Origin: Glaucostegus cemiculus
Taxonomy: Eukaryota
Assembly: GCA_976551045.1 (NCBI GenBank)
Contig: CDPCPM010000005.1
Coordinates: 20,398,001-20,462,000 of the forward strand
Direction: 5' to 3'
Length of the DNA stretch: 64,000 nt
Shown here: positions 12,241-25,959 of the stretch, piece after piece
How positions within the stretch are numbered: the stretch's first letter is position 1
Layout of the letters: every line of letters starts with the position of its first letter
Notes under the pieces: generated by a model
Database searches by the model: none
The model's input: the letters and a program-made list of their open reading frames with translations, nothing else
Told to the model about the DNA's origin: nothing
Translations under genes and position numbers: made by a program

Positions 12241-15200
12241 AAACACTTGACCCATGTTCTATCTAGAAAGAATGCACTCTTAATTTTTATTTCACTATGA
12301 TCAGGGAGGAAGGAAAAATTTTGACTGAGATTATGCTGACATTCTTGTACTTTATTTTGAATCCCCAGTTTTATGCCCCACTAAAACATACCTGTTGTGA
12401 ATTGCCTTCTGTTTTTATATCCTTTCACTAACATGCTTTAACCAAATTATAATTTTTTTTCCCAAAAGTTAATCAAGGAGGGGCTTATATTCTCTGTAAT
12501 ACAGCAATCTGAAGTGTAAAATTAACACAGTATGGGGGCATGAATTTTCCTGGGATCCAATGCATGACATCAGTACAGCATTACCTGAGCCATCTGAAAG
12601 GGACCAGATGAAGCAGCAGTGGATTAATATTGCTCTTGCACACCTTCTGGTGGCCAATTATGCAACTGTATAGGAAATCTAACAGCATGCCTTCTTGATC
12701 AAAATTAGTAAGTGATTGATTTTAAGAATTTGAAGTTTATAAGAAGTAAGCCAAGAAATGCCTTTTCAAATGAGCACGATCCTTTTAAAAATATAATTTG
12801 CAAACTGGTTTTATGATGAAAATAAGCTTAAACAGACCAATGTACTTTTTGCATATGACATGTTCACTTTGAAAATTAGATACAGTACCTCCTCTTCCCC
12901 AGCACACAGCTTCATGCAGCCTGTGTCAGTCTAAAATTCATTAGTGAAGTAGCTAATGTTTTGGAAGTTGCCTTTGCAATATCTTTGTCTCAGAAGAGAT
13001 CCAGTAGTTTCCCCACAGGAGAGGTGACATTTCTATTGTGAATCTCAGTTCATCAATTTTGATGGACTTCAGTATAGCAATGTTGGTTCCCACTCTAAAC
13101 AAAAACATCTTCAGATATTATCACAATGTGGTCAAGGTATTAACCAGTGATTATGTTTTTTTACAATTTTAGGACAAGAGTGTTTTGAGATAAAGTGGCT
13201 TTGCATTTCAAAGAAACTGCAGAGTTCAAATATGCAGGGAATGTAATTTCAGGTATATTTAAGCATTATATAAAAAATACATTTTCTACCATAGCCATTT
13301 TCCCAACCCTTTATCCAATGGGGCACTGGAAATGTTTAACCTGACGAGCTACCTGGTTACATTACAAAGTTTACTTTGCTGTATCAGGTGATTTTAAATG
13401 AGTAAGCCTCAGAGAGAATGAAAATCAATTGTTTCTGATTATTTAGCTAAGAAAGGCAGCCCCAGCTAAGCTATGTGGTATCTTATTGCTAGAGTAATAT
13501 TGTTAAATTATTTTATCATGTGTAGCCAAAATACATATGAAAAGTAATCTATTTGTCTAAAATATGCCAATATACAATATACTGGGGTAGATAAGAAAAA
13601 CAGAAAGAGGTTGTTAAAAGGCAAAACTGCAACTCAGTCGCAAAACATGCTACACTGCACAAGGCCATGAGCAGGCGTTTGTCTATATTAGATATGCAAA
13701 CTGATTTGAAAACATTTGTTTGAACCCTTAATCAAAGAATTTTGAGCATTTAGCAAAAATGTACATCATGTACATTTAACAAAACATGATTTTTTTCTGC
13801 CTACATTCAAATAGAGTTTCAATATTCAATAAATACTGAATAATTCTGTTTGGTGAAAGACAGTAAATATAGTGAAAATTAGAGAATTTTAACGCCTAAT
13901 CCCCTTGAGCTCTTGTAACAGAGACATACTGAAATGTAGACTGGTGCCATTGAACAGACTGAAGTGGTTTCAGCTTTTATCAGAGGCTGCTTTCATCTCA
14001 CTGAAACAAGGGATGAAACTCTATGCAGCAGCAATGCAGGATGAAAAAATACATTAACACTGCCATGTTTATCACAATCCATTTAGTAGCATTATCATTT
14101 ACTCTTGAGGCAGACATCCCAAAGTCTATACCAGGATGGTAAGCTGCATGATTCTAATACACCTAATTAGGAATGCGCAGACTCTTAATTGCATACATTA
14201 AGACAATTCATAGCCAAGATTAATTCTAAATATACCCAAGCAGCTGTTTAAGATGCCTGGATTACAGTACGGACTGTACTTTTCCACTTAATTAGATATC
14301 AAAATTAAGCAGGAACAAGCATTTTGACATGACAGGATTGAACTGCTGCTTCATGTCCCAGAGCTGCACTTAAGTGACCACTAAACAGAGCTGCACAGAT
14401 GGAGCAACATTAAATGCTGTACTGGAAAGTAATTTCAAATAATAAAATATCAATATTTACATTTTAATTACTCCTACTGAGAATCACTCTGTCATTTGAC
14501 TATTGCTAGGACAGCATGGGGTAGTGAAATGACATTGGGCTTCTTACTGGGAGGACTATTTTGTTTCCATTAAGGAATGACAAGTGATCAGAGGCAACGA
14601 CACCCGGATTTTTGTAAGAATGACACCATTATCCACACAGCATCCACACAGCAATATGCAACCTATAGCTGGGGGAGGGGGGAGGGGGAGGCACCTGTGC
14701 ACTCTGCCAGTAATGACTTTAATGGAATCAGATAACTCTGCACTAGTGAAATGTTCTAGCTCGTTACCTCAAAACTGTGTGATCTTTTCCTTCTGCCCCT
14801 GGTGCAAGCTATTTAGGAGATGGTGAATCCTTCCTCATCATTTCCATGAGCTTACTATGTACAATGCTTTTATAGCAATACACTGCTGAGCATTCACTTA
14901 AAATAAGTATTTGTTAAGTCCACTTGATCATAAACAGGATCATAACTCATCTATTTTGATGATGTAACCATATAATTATAGGACTTATTATTTGAAACTG
15001 AGAAAAATATATCCTTCATTTGCTTCTGCCTTTTTCACAAGTATACTTTAAAATTAGATGTAAATATTAAAAAATATAATAAAAAGAATTACTGATACTG
15101 TACAATTTCTGTATTACAGCATTATCAATTGAAGATATTATGTTCTCATTTTATTTGCCTTTAAAAGGTGAATAAAAGTGCCTCTCCTTTGCCCAAGTGT

Positions 15201-15349
15201 GATTCTTTATTAATAATCTAATGCTTGGATACTGTCACTTAAATTCCTGGAATGACAAAAAGGCAATTTCAATATAATTTCAGTCTACGTTACATTTTGG
15301 ATGTAGACTTGGAAAAGAAGACTAAGAGATGCTAGGTGCACAGAAATGC

Positions 15350-15621
15350 ACCAGCACTTTAAATGCCCGCCACCAGCCCGTTCGCTTTAATAACTATTTA
15401 TTTATTTACCGGCCATTTTTAAGTTAATCTGCGTATTAATTTAATTTTAACTTCCGTAGTTTTTAATGTTTTTTAATGTTTATTCTGTTAAGTGTGTCTG
15501 TGTGTCTCTGTTGGTTGTTATTTAATGGGACGAGCACCTGAGGAGGACGGTATCTTGCTCCTATGCATACTATGTATGTATATGGTTGTGACAATAAAAC
15601 TGATTCTGATTCTGATTCTGA
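15350..15621 (+). mobile_element. 3' end of a non-LTR retrotransposon with an AATAAA + (CTGATT)n tail (family uncertain, possibly Rex1/Babar-like)
   Basis: CpG-retaining segment ending tgacaataaaa(ctgatt)3ctga at 15589-15621. Confidence 0.55.
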
Positions 15622-15712
15622 AAGTGCAGGGGCCTGGAACTAACAGTAAAGCTCTTTCACAGAGGCATGATGGGCTGAATGGCCACTGCCTACGGCGAAT
15701 GGTTCTGTGAAG
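15622..15712 (+). mobile_element. Old CR1/SINE-type 3' tail remnant
   Basis: gctctttcacagaggcatgatgggctgaatggccact is the gatgggccgaatggcct-type terminal motif. Confidence 0.45.
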
Positions 15713-18700
15713 TACCAACATCTGCTGGATGATTGTGCTATAGTCCATGTTACGGGGCAGACATTTGACCTTCACTATACATGGCATATCATTCCAGAAA
15801 TTTGGTTCCACTATAGTTAATGGAACTAAATTTTGGGAGTAGAGCAAACACGTTTTTTTTTGCTGTGTTTTTACAGTACACAACAATTTTGTGCTGTAAT
15901 TTTGCAATCCCCTAATGGTTATTTTAACCAAATTGATATCCAAATCAAATTTTTGTCCGGTCACACAGTGACCAATACAATGTTGATCATTTATTCAAGA
16001 TCTTAAGCTAAATTCATCCCACTTGATCATTTGTTTTCCATTGTCTAATGCCAGTTTTGGGATTTATTGGACTACTTTAGTGAAAGAACAATGAACAAAA
16101 ATACACAAAGAAAATTCAATCCTCTACCATAGTAAATCCAGCCTACATGCCAACCAATTGAGTGACAATCTTTATTTGTTCACTTTCAATTACCTCTTAT
16201 CTTGACAATTATTACTTTAAATACCGTTCTTCAAATACTACTCTTTATAACACGATAATGTTTTATTCATCAAATCTTTAAACATCTATTGAAATGTTTT
16301 GCAATGGTGTACTAAAATACTAATAAAAGTCTGCCAACAGTAATGCTGTAGAATATTAAATAACATTAACAAAATAAACTTTTTTCCCCACTGAAGTTCT
16401 ATATTGTGAATCAATGGGTTTCTATTGTACTCAATTTATTCAGCATGAAAGCAAGGAAAATCAAATATTTTGATGGATTTTTTCAGCATTATGTTTTTGA
16501 AACTGATAAAGCCTTTGGAAAGAAATGCTAAACAAGAGTAGTTTTTTTAAAAAAAATGTCTGCACTTTACAAGTCACTCAATTTCTTATCAGCTACACCA
16601 AAAACACTGAATGAGGCAAATAGCTATGGAAAATGGCAGTTGTGACAAGTCTAATCTAGGATGCTATGACACTACATTTTGTACAAAATACTTCATTTAT
16701 GATTGCTTGAGAGGAATTTTCCTTAGTTCAGTGCATCTTACAAATCTAGGCTCAATACATCACATTCCCTGAACACTCGTCTCCTTCATGCTTTAAAGGA
16801 AAGCCACTTCCCCATTTCACAGACTGAGTACCTTTTAATTTCAAAAAAGCCATGGTTCAAAATCTTAATTAATTGTTTCATACTGCTTCAGGATCATTAT
16901 GCAATGTAATAAAGGACATGTAATTATGAAATTTTACAGCCATTACTGAGGCTGATGGCTCGTATTTCATCATAAGCTTCACCCAATGGCTTTTAGCTAC
17001 TCCAGTTTCTTTGATGAAGTACAGACAGATCTATCACCCCCAAACAATAACCAGTCCAGGCATCTATAATAGCTACCTACAGATGAAGCAATAGATAAAG
17101 ATAAACTATAAATCCCTGCACAAATGCAACCACAATGCCTTGGATTGACAAAGGAAGAGGATGAGCTAAGGGAGGCAGCAGCTGTGCATTAGGGCATCCC
17201 TCTCCAGATATCTGTTAGCTGTTCTGTCGTATGTCGTGTTTTACTCTTTCTTTTTCCCTCGGCAGTCCCCAGTAGATTTGTTTTTGAAGTCTATAGCTCC
17301 TTTTAGCTAATTCAGCAATTTTTAAAAGAAGTTTACAGACCCAAGTGCATGTCAGTCACAAAAATTGTTGAGAAATGGGGATCCCTTTCACAAAAGCTAA
17401 CACTGCTACAAGGAAATAGGACAACTGAATACATATTGTTCCTATTTTCCTTTTATTAAAAAAGTGCACCAAATGTTCCCAGGTGAGCCACTTCTGTGTA
17501 TTAGTACATTAAAAATTTGGACTCTGAAAGCTGACAAAAAATTCACCAATGATGAGAACTACGTGCACAGATTAAAGGTGCTTTGCCATACATTTGAATA
17601 TGTCATGACTAACAGAGAAAGAAGACATATGAAAATAGGTTTGTATAAGAGTACAACTGTGGGGGAAATAATTACTTATATAGTTCTTTTTGCAGATAAG
17701 TTTTCTGATACTTCTTACATAAATGGTTTTGAAATGATGTTTTATAGCAACCAGGAAAACATGATAGCTATATCAACCCATCCCTCCACCGCACAGAAAG
17801 AAATCAACAATAAACTGGGAAAGATAGCAAACCAATGAAATACCTAATATTTACACAATGTGCATAGCTTAAACACTGGAAACATTGGGTGTACTGGAAT
17901 AGATAATTTAGCAATAGCCCTTTCTAAAAGGCCATTCATAATGGAATCCTTCTCTCAAGTTAATATGGGTCACAAAATATTGATATCTTGTTCCTGTCTT
18001 CAGATGAAAAATTTGTACAGAAATTGTTCCATGCCATTTTTTAAGCACTGAAATAGTATTATGGATCATCATAACACTGTTTTGAAAATTACACAAATGG
18101 AAACTTAAGAGAACAGCACTGTTGGTTTTTCCTGTGTGTCACTGAGCTGAAATCTACATTACCAGTTTCAGAGTAGCCTCGCCAATTGATGTATAACAAG
18201 TTTTTGCAAATGTTACAATGCAACATGACAGGCACAATGTTTGCAGCCAGTGCTTAAATGAACATTCTACTATGTAAGCATACAGCTACACTCCTTCAAC
18301 TACGGGGAAGTGTTGGCAGTGAATGAAGGGATGCTGCAATGATGGGAAGGAGAGTGGGAGAATGCTCTCAGGGGGTCAGAGGGATATAAACAAGTTGTTG
18401 AAGCACTGTAGGAGGCATGTTATTTAAGCATGGAGCCATGGAGACCCTCCCCTGCTAATGGTGAAAGGCATCTAAATATTGCTGTTCAGGAGAAATAGAG
18501 TTACTCAAAACTGGTTGTTCTATGAACAAGTAAAACTTGTTATTTCTTAAATGAAATGAATTTTTACTGCAAATGAATATTGCACGTGGCACAATAGTTG
18601 ATGCCATTTGTGGGAGATTTATGCTGGAATAAAAGTACTGGAAAGAATGAAAATCTCGCTGAAATATGAATTTTCAATGGGCACTATGGCAGAAATATGC

Positions 18701-19294
18701 ATAAAATAGCTCCACTCTAGGATAATCTGATTTTCAACAGCAAAACATTTTTCTAGTAATGTGAACTCATATTTGGCTCTGCTTGTGTTGCCCCATCCAG
18801 GGTAATAGGCTGCTGTGGCAGATTTTGGCTTATCAGTGGCACTCAACTATGTTATAATGAGGCCCTGGCTTAAAAAAAATTAAAAAGATAATAGTAAGAG
18901 AATGAGGTCTATTCCAGAAACTATACTAAATATTAATAATTAATAATTTACTAAAAGGGTAAGACAGAATGGCATTGCTTAGGAAACCTTTATTTTACAA
19001 AGTCTAAGGGCTTTTGACAGAAATGCCAGCTCCTCGTTGCCCTCATCCTGGAATCCCTGCTTAGCCTGATGCATTGCTCCCATCTGCTGATGTGCAGAGG
19101 TTATAATCCTTTAGTGGACTCAGACAGCTCGTATCCAATTCCATTTCCAAGGCCTGCCAGCCCTGCCTGCTTGCTTGCTGATGGAAAGGATGGCCCATTT
19201 GAACAGTTATTGGGGAAAGAAATGGCCATTTCATGCTTGTCTGTGAACTTTGCATGAACTGTGAGGAATAATGTACTGTGATGACAGCCAAGTT

Positions 19295-19426
19295 NNNNNN
19301 NNNNNNNNNNNNNNNNNNNNNNNNNNNNNNNNNNNNNNNNNNNNNNNNNNNNNNNNNNNNNNNNNNNNNNNNNNNNNNNNNNNNNNNNNNNNNNNNNNNN
19401 NNNNNNNNNNNNNNNNNNNNNNNNNN
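19295..19426. other. Assembly gap (132 N)
   Basis: Run of N seen directly. Confidence 1.
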
Positions 19427-21059
19427 TATTTAATGATTGCCAATGACACACCAATGATTTATTGGTTACTTACCGATGTGACACATTTGCATCTTATTAG
19501 AAGAAGATTACCATTCCTTGAATTCTGAACACAGCTGATCACGACTGATGGATTGATTTGATTTGCAAATGTAATCAAACTAATAAGAGGGAAAAATGTG
19601 CAATAATACCTTGTTTTTCGTCTGGCAATCACTCCCTGCCAACAGGCTGATATCCCTGACTAAGCAGCCTCAGGAAAGCATTTCTTGCCGCTATGCAGAC
19701 AAAATGCTCCTCTAATGAAAATTATTTTTTTTCACCCGCCAGATTCTAACTAACTTGGCAATATACTGTAAAGCCAGCTGTGTTTGTTACCGTTTATAAA
19801 GGCCATCATCAGTAGCTAGGCTGCTCTAATTTCAGAGTTGTGTTTTTATAAATAAGAGACTCTTGTCTGAAAGCAACATTGAATGCGTGAAAAAGGCAGT
19901 ATATCATTAGCTGCATCTGCTAAAGTCCATATCGTTATTTTCTATTAAAAAATAATAATAATTGCATGTCTTGACATAACTTTTTTTTAAAGTACTGTCT
20001 AAATAGAAAATAATTCTTTCTGCAGTACTCAAGACGGTTCAATTAAAATAAACTGGTAGATTAAGCAGTTCAGATTTTAATGTTGCAATGTTAGTTTCTT
20101 TGCAGGGGGTAACTACACTGCCCTTCTATTTATCAACACAGGCAAAATCTTTATGCACTATTCCGAGATTCTTATGTCATTAAGTACCATTTCTATTAGA
20201 TGGCTATAAAAATAACATGGACATTTTTTGGGAGGGGAAAAAAAGGTCTTCAATGAGTGTATTATATTGAAACTAGTAAACTTTTGAGCATAAGATCTAG
20301 GCTGAATTTTCGGAGTAGTGCCATTTATGAACTGTCAGAGGTGGGGTCTTCTGGACAACACAATAAAAGGAGCCCCTATGCTTCAACTGGGTGTAAATGA
20401 CTCCTTGGTAAAACTATGCAGGAAATTTCTTCCTATTATCCTGGCCAATATTTATCACATCTCCAACTTCACTATAACAGAATTCCTGGCTGTTATCCCA
20501 TAGCTCTTTGAGAGAATTTATGCAAATTTAGGTGTCACATTCCTTATATCACAACAAGACAAGGGGCAGATACAGTTCAAAAGACAAAAGTACTTCATTA
20601 GCTGCAAAGCATTTTGGGATATCTAGAACTTGTGTAAGCAATCAAACAGAAGCCCCTGGTGTTCCATTTATACCTTTATTTGAACCATTTACTTCTATTC
20701 ATTTAGTCAGTTCCCCTTATATAAGGTTATGGTTTCCTTCGACTTAGGTCCAACAGCATTGAGTCAGATTAGATGAATACTATTGTAGAGACTAGTTTTG
20801 TGATACAACTAGTAGCATGCATCGGGATCCTGAGTCAGTGGAAAGACCACCTGAATTGAGGGGAAATTGAATAAAAAAGGACTCTTCAACAAACAGAGTA
20901 TTCTTTCCAAGGATATCAGTAAATTACTGCTAAAAGAGCAGGAATGCCATGTATAACCATGCATAATCTGCTTCGGTGAGGATGGGAAAAAATATATGTT
21001 GGCCTCTGTGAGAAAACTCCTGCTCTTCAGTGAAAAATGCCACAGGCTCATTTACACTC

Positions 21060-21225
21060 AGCTAAACAGGCACATTGGCTATCTGAAAGATGGCACATCC
21101 AACAATATAGCTCTTTCTCAGTACTGGACTGAAGTGTCAGCATCGACTTGTGCTTAAGTCAGGCTGAGGAATTTATTCCCACACATTTCTTACCCAGTGA
21201 GACAGCTTAGCAATACTGAACATTA
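21060..21225 (-). mobile_element. Degenerate Deu-domain SINE fragment (SacSINE1/AmnSINE1-like)
   Basis: gaaagatggcacatccaacaatatagctctttctcagtactggactgaagtgtcagc...tgtgcttaagtc resembles the reverse complement of the DeuSINE 5' and core region. Confidence 0.55.
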
Positions 21226-24200
21226 ACCATGACTGAACCATTAGTGGCAACTATTTTGAACATTATTAGTTCTGGATACATATCTCCATACATGCACATT
21301 TATTGGAAGCAAACTACTTCAATCGTGAATACAATTGCAAAAGGCCAATGTTCCAATGATAAGCATGACAAGTTATTGAACATAATGAAGATAGTTCCAA
21401 TCATTTTAAAAATATTCTAACCCCCCTTATATTACTAAATATGCAAATGCCAGAAGTAAATCTTCATATTTGTATAACTAAGAATATTTAAATAGAATAA
21501 CCAAGATCTGGTAGCTAGAAATGCCAGAGTATATTACAAGTCCAGCTTCAATTAATGTTCATGTTGTCATTGCAAGAGCAGCAAGAAAATGGCATGGACT
21601 ATTCTAACTTTGCAAATGATCTGGTTCTTACAGGGGAATTATAGCAGGCTGGTTTAAAACTGCTGACTCTCACTAATAGTAAAGCCAAGCCTGCTACTAA
21701 CACCCTGCTATCCTCATTTACCAGGCTCTCTCTAGCCAGGTCAACCTGAGCCTTGCCAGAAATGTGCTGACTCATTTCAACATTGTTCTGTGCTGGTAAT
21801 TAATCCTTTTTCATGAAGGTTAAGCAGGTGCAGATCCACCTTAGCTATGAAAAGCAGTGCTTTAAAGATACATGGGTATTAACACTTATGTTGTTTAGGT
21901 AACCAGGTCATGCACTTAAACTCACAGGTATGAATTAACCCCAGCCCCTCTGTCCTCCTGAAATGAATGTGATGAAAGTATGAGCTGTGGTTTCCCACAG
22001 TCCCCATGAAAACACATTTGGCATTTGACTTGCAACTTTCCCAATTGCACATCTGAGAAAGGAAACTCCCTACTTGGGAGAATAAACAAACCCACATGCT
22101 ACCACACTATGACACAGCATGCCGATACCCTATTACACTGTGGTAATGTGTTATCTCTTCATTTTAATTACTTATCTTTTATATTTAAAAATGCTTAGAT
22201 CTAAGAGTCTCAAAGGACTGGGTCTGAGTTGATTATAAGTGTTATAATAGTAAACAACATGCTGCTACCAGTTTAGTGAGCGTTATTTTTATGCTAGTGT
22301 TTATTTGCTTCCTTTTTATGCGGTTATTAGTGGCGCTATTTGCATGGTTGATTTCACAGTCTCCTGCACAGGTTTCACAGTTTTGAAGAACAAAGAAGCT
22401 GCTGGGAAAATATATCTGATGACAGCTGTTGTGAAATGTAACAATTTAAAGTTTTATTTTCAACTGGATAACCAGATCAATTTGCAGAGGAGAATTTTTT
22501 TAGAAGTCTGTGGAATAGTGAGGAGGGGGAGGGGAATTAAAAGAAATAAATCAATGAACAAATCTGCAGGCAAAAGCAGCTGTGGAACATGGAATAACAA
22601 TAGAGTGTTTGGGGAGCAAATGGGCATAAGAAATTATTACTGTGCACAAAACGGTTCTGATAGTCTCTGGAAAAGTATTCTATGGTTTCTTTCTGTGCCA
22701 ATGAAAAACAAGCTTGCTTTTTTCTCTGTGTGGAGGCAAATCCACTCCATTGAATCAGTTTTTGAGGAAATGGCCAGCCATCTGAAATTGATAGCTTCTC
22801 ATCAGCCACAGTTATTTCTGCATTATTTGTTTATTTTTAATCAACAATGACAATTTTTTTTCAAAATTAAGTAGTCCAGAATCAAGTTGCACTCCCTTCT
22901 GGCATTAAAAAGTCCAAATTGCTGAGGTAGGGAGAAAGCAGGCAGCAAGAAAAGGTACACTTTGAATGAAAGGAACAAGTGAGAGTGCAGTATAATAAAC
23001 AGAGTAGCAATATTTAGAACACTTGCTAAAGAGATTGGGCTGCTTAAATTGATGAGCAGCTGATTTAGAAAGGTTTGTTTCAGCTCAGGTGATGACAAGC
23101 TCTCTATGGAATTGAATGTGACTTTACCAGGAACACCCCAGCAGCCACAACCCTCTCTAGCAAGCCTCCATCTGCTTCAACCAATATCCAAATGCATCAC
23201 TGTCCATCAGGGCTTCAGCACTGACACTCTGGATGTATTGATTAATAGTTGCCCTAAGCTCCTTTTAGCAAATCAAATTTTCACTTTTAGCAAGGATTTC
23301 GGTTCTGATTTATTCAGCATAGTGAAATGCATTAAATTGACTTTGACATTCCGGAAAAACGTCTGAAAAACAATGCTTTCAAGTGAAGAGGAAATAGATA
23401 TAAAAAATGTGGCAGCTTGTTTGTTCAGTTTAAAGAGGCAATATTACATATTTATTTAATGGAATTTAGAACTGTCAAAAATCCAGACTCCTTTACTTTC
23501 CCTTCTAATTTCAGATTTCCAACAAAAACATGAGCCAATACCTACAAAGAATCGATATAACTAACTTCTGTCACAACAGACTTCTGCAGCACAGCTGTTT
23601 CCTTGAATAAGTAAACTTCTTTAATTCTTTGACAACAAACTGCATATTTGTGCTAACTGAAAGCCTGCATATTAATATATACCTGACAGACATTTGTATA
23701 TTTGAATTTCTAACTTTTGTTTGGTTAAAAATAGTGATTATTTTGAACTCTGGAGTTTAACTGAAAAATAGATAAAAAATAGATGCAAAGCAGAACAAAA
23801 ATCTGCAGTGAGAAGTTAGAGGAACACAATTCATTGGATTTAATTCTTAATGCACCAATAGTTTTCATTCAACTAAACAATTTTTCCTGTTTGCTGTGAG
23901 ACTGCAATTAATATCTGAAAGAAAGGAAGAGCACATTCATCTTCCTGGGGATAAAAAACAAGTAGGGTTATTGACACGTGTGGCAGAGATGAAAACAGGT
24001 CTTCAGAAACTGATATCCTTGGAAATGATCATTGTGATATGGGAACTGCTTCTGGAGTTACTGCACCTTAGCAGTGCTTCAAAAACTTCTGCATTTGATC
24101 ATTGCTGAACTGGTGCATCACTAGATGAAAGAGTAAATACTATAATGTATATTTTATGCCCCAATTATACTGTGAATCTGATGCTGTGCTGCTCTGATTC

Positions 24201-24669
24201 CTTTAACGTACCAAAGTTCAATACTTATTTGGTTTTGCACTGCAAACATCCAACATCCGCTATAGTAATAACTGTGGTTAGTACATAGACAAATTTGCAA
24301 TGACAGGGTCTACTAGTGAACTGCTATTAAAGTTTCACTCTCTACTGGGGTCATGAGCAAGACTTCATGCATAAATGTGAGCAAGCATCTCCATGAATCT
24401 TCCAGGTTAGTCCATAAGATAATTTCCTGTTTCTTTTTAGCATCCTCATTAATTGTTTCACTCTTCTTCCTTGCTGAGAAAATTGAAGGAAAATTTAAGG
24501 GAATGATCTGTGTAAAAATACTTGTACAAGAAATAATTGGAAATATGGAGTAAAGAATGATCAATGATGTAGACATGACAGAATGTAGCTTTGATCTGCA
24601 CAGTATAAAATGTCTACAATCAGTGGTGGAATTATCTACTACAAGAGACAGTGAAGCCCAAGTCATTAT

Positions 24670-24818
24670 GTATATTCAAGAAAGAGATAAATATATTTCT
24701 TAATGATAAAGGGGTAAAGAGGTTAGGGAGAGTATAGATTATGGAAATGGATGATCATCCATTGAATGATGGAGCAGACCTGAAGGGCCTACTCCTGCTC
24801 CTTTTTCGATGTTTCTAA
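24670..24818 (+). mobile_element. CR1 LINE 3' end fragment
   Basis: ...attgaatgatggagcagacctgaagggcctactcctgctcct...gtttcta is a typical CR1 3' terminus. Confidence 0.65.
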
Positions 24819-25959
24819 CCATCAATGAAGCGACAAATATCTTGAGAATTAAAAGCTCAAGCACAATGTGTGAAAGGCATTGATGGCAGAGCCTTGACAC
24901 CTCATTGGTGATCTCAGCACGACAAAATCTGAGTTGTGCTAAGGTGAATTGAAGATGGAATGACGAATTTCTGGATGGATATGATTTCACCTGTGAATGA
25001 TTGCAGGCATGATTTAAGTTGAGCTAAATCACTTCTGTGCGTGATTTACACATGAAAATCGGCAGTAATGGATCCAATTTCTTGGTCGGTATATTTGATT
25101 TTGATTATATTCCATTTGATTATTATGACTTTTTCTGAAGGTGGAAATATTGCCTTAAGTACAGACTTTCAAAGAATTATCCAATAATGTCCTTTGCAAT
25201 TGGTAAGTTTTTGAAAAGGCTTAGTTAAACTTCGTGTGCGGTTATCATTGGGGGAAACTGGCTAGGAAGAATAATTGTGTTTGGCAGTACAAATGAAGCA
25301 AATTAAAATGTACAATTAAAATTGTATGATTACTGAAGCACCCTGGGTAAACTACTTTATGCAGTGGTGATAAATGAACTCCTTCATGTGGTTGAGTTCA
25401 ACAATGTCTCAAAGCCAGCTCATGTGATGATATCATATGTAATCACAATTTAAACAAAAAAATTAAACAGAGACAAAAAGCATACATAATGGAACATTTA
25501 AGTTTATCATAATTCTATTCAATTGCTTCCTTTTTAAAGGAGCTACTTATGGGAAAGCTTCCTTTCCTAAGCCCTGACCACTGTGTTTCCTCCAATTAAA
25601 AAAAATTACAAGTCATTCATCATATATGTTGGTTGTGGGTAATGCAATTTAATCCATTTGCCTACATAACAACAGTTGCCATGAAGCGTTTTGGACATCT
25701 TGAGGAAGTGATGAAGTACTTGCAAAGGGCAGAAATTTATCTCAGGCAGGCATCTAGCACAATCTGAACACATACCTGAAGATGCCGGTCTGACATCCAT
25801 TTGGAATTAGTCCTTGGGTTAATTTGGAATAAACAGAAAGCCAGAGACATTAATCAGGTAACCCAATGAAGCATACTGGTAAGATCCAAGCTGGCTTTGA
25901 TACAGACTTGGCTTGCAGTAATTTTCTTAACAGCTCCTTCTGACGCCACAGAAATTATA

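Noticed and set aside
19101-19528. ORFs containing long X runs
   Set aside because: Artefacts of reading through the N gap.
22305-22850. 181-aa plus-strand ORF as a nested gene
   Set aside because: It has a non-ATG start, no recognisable domain and a composition typical of AT-rich non-coding DNA.
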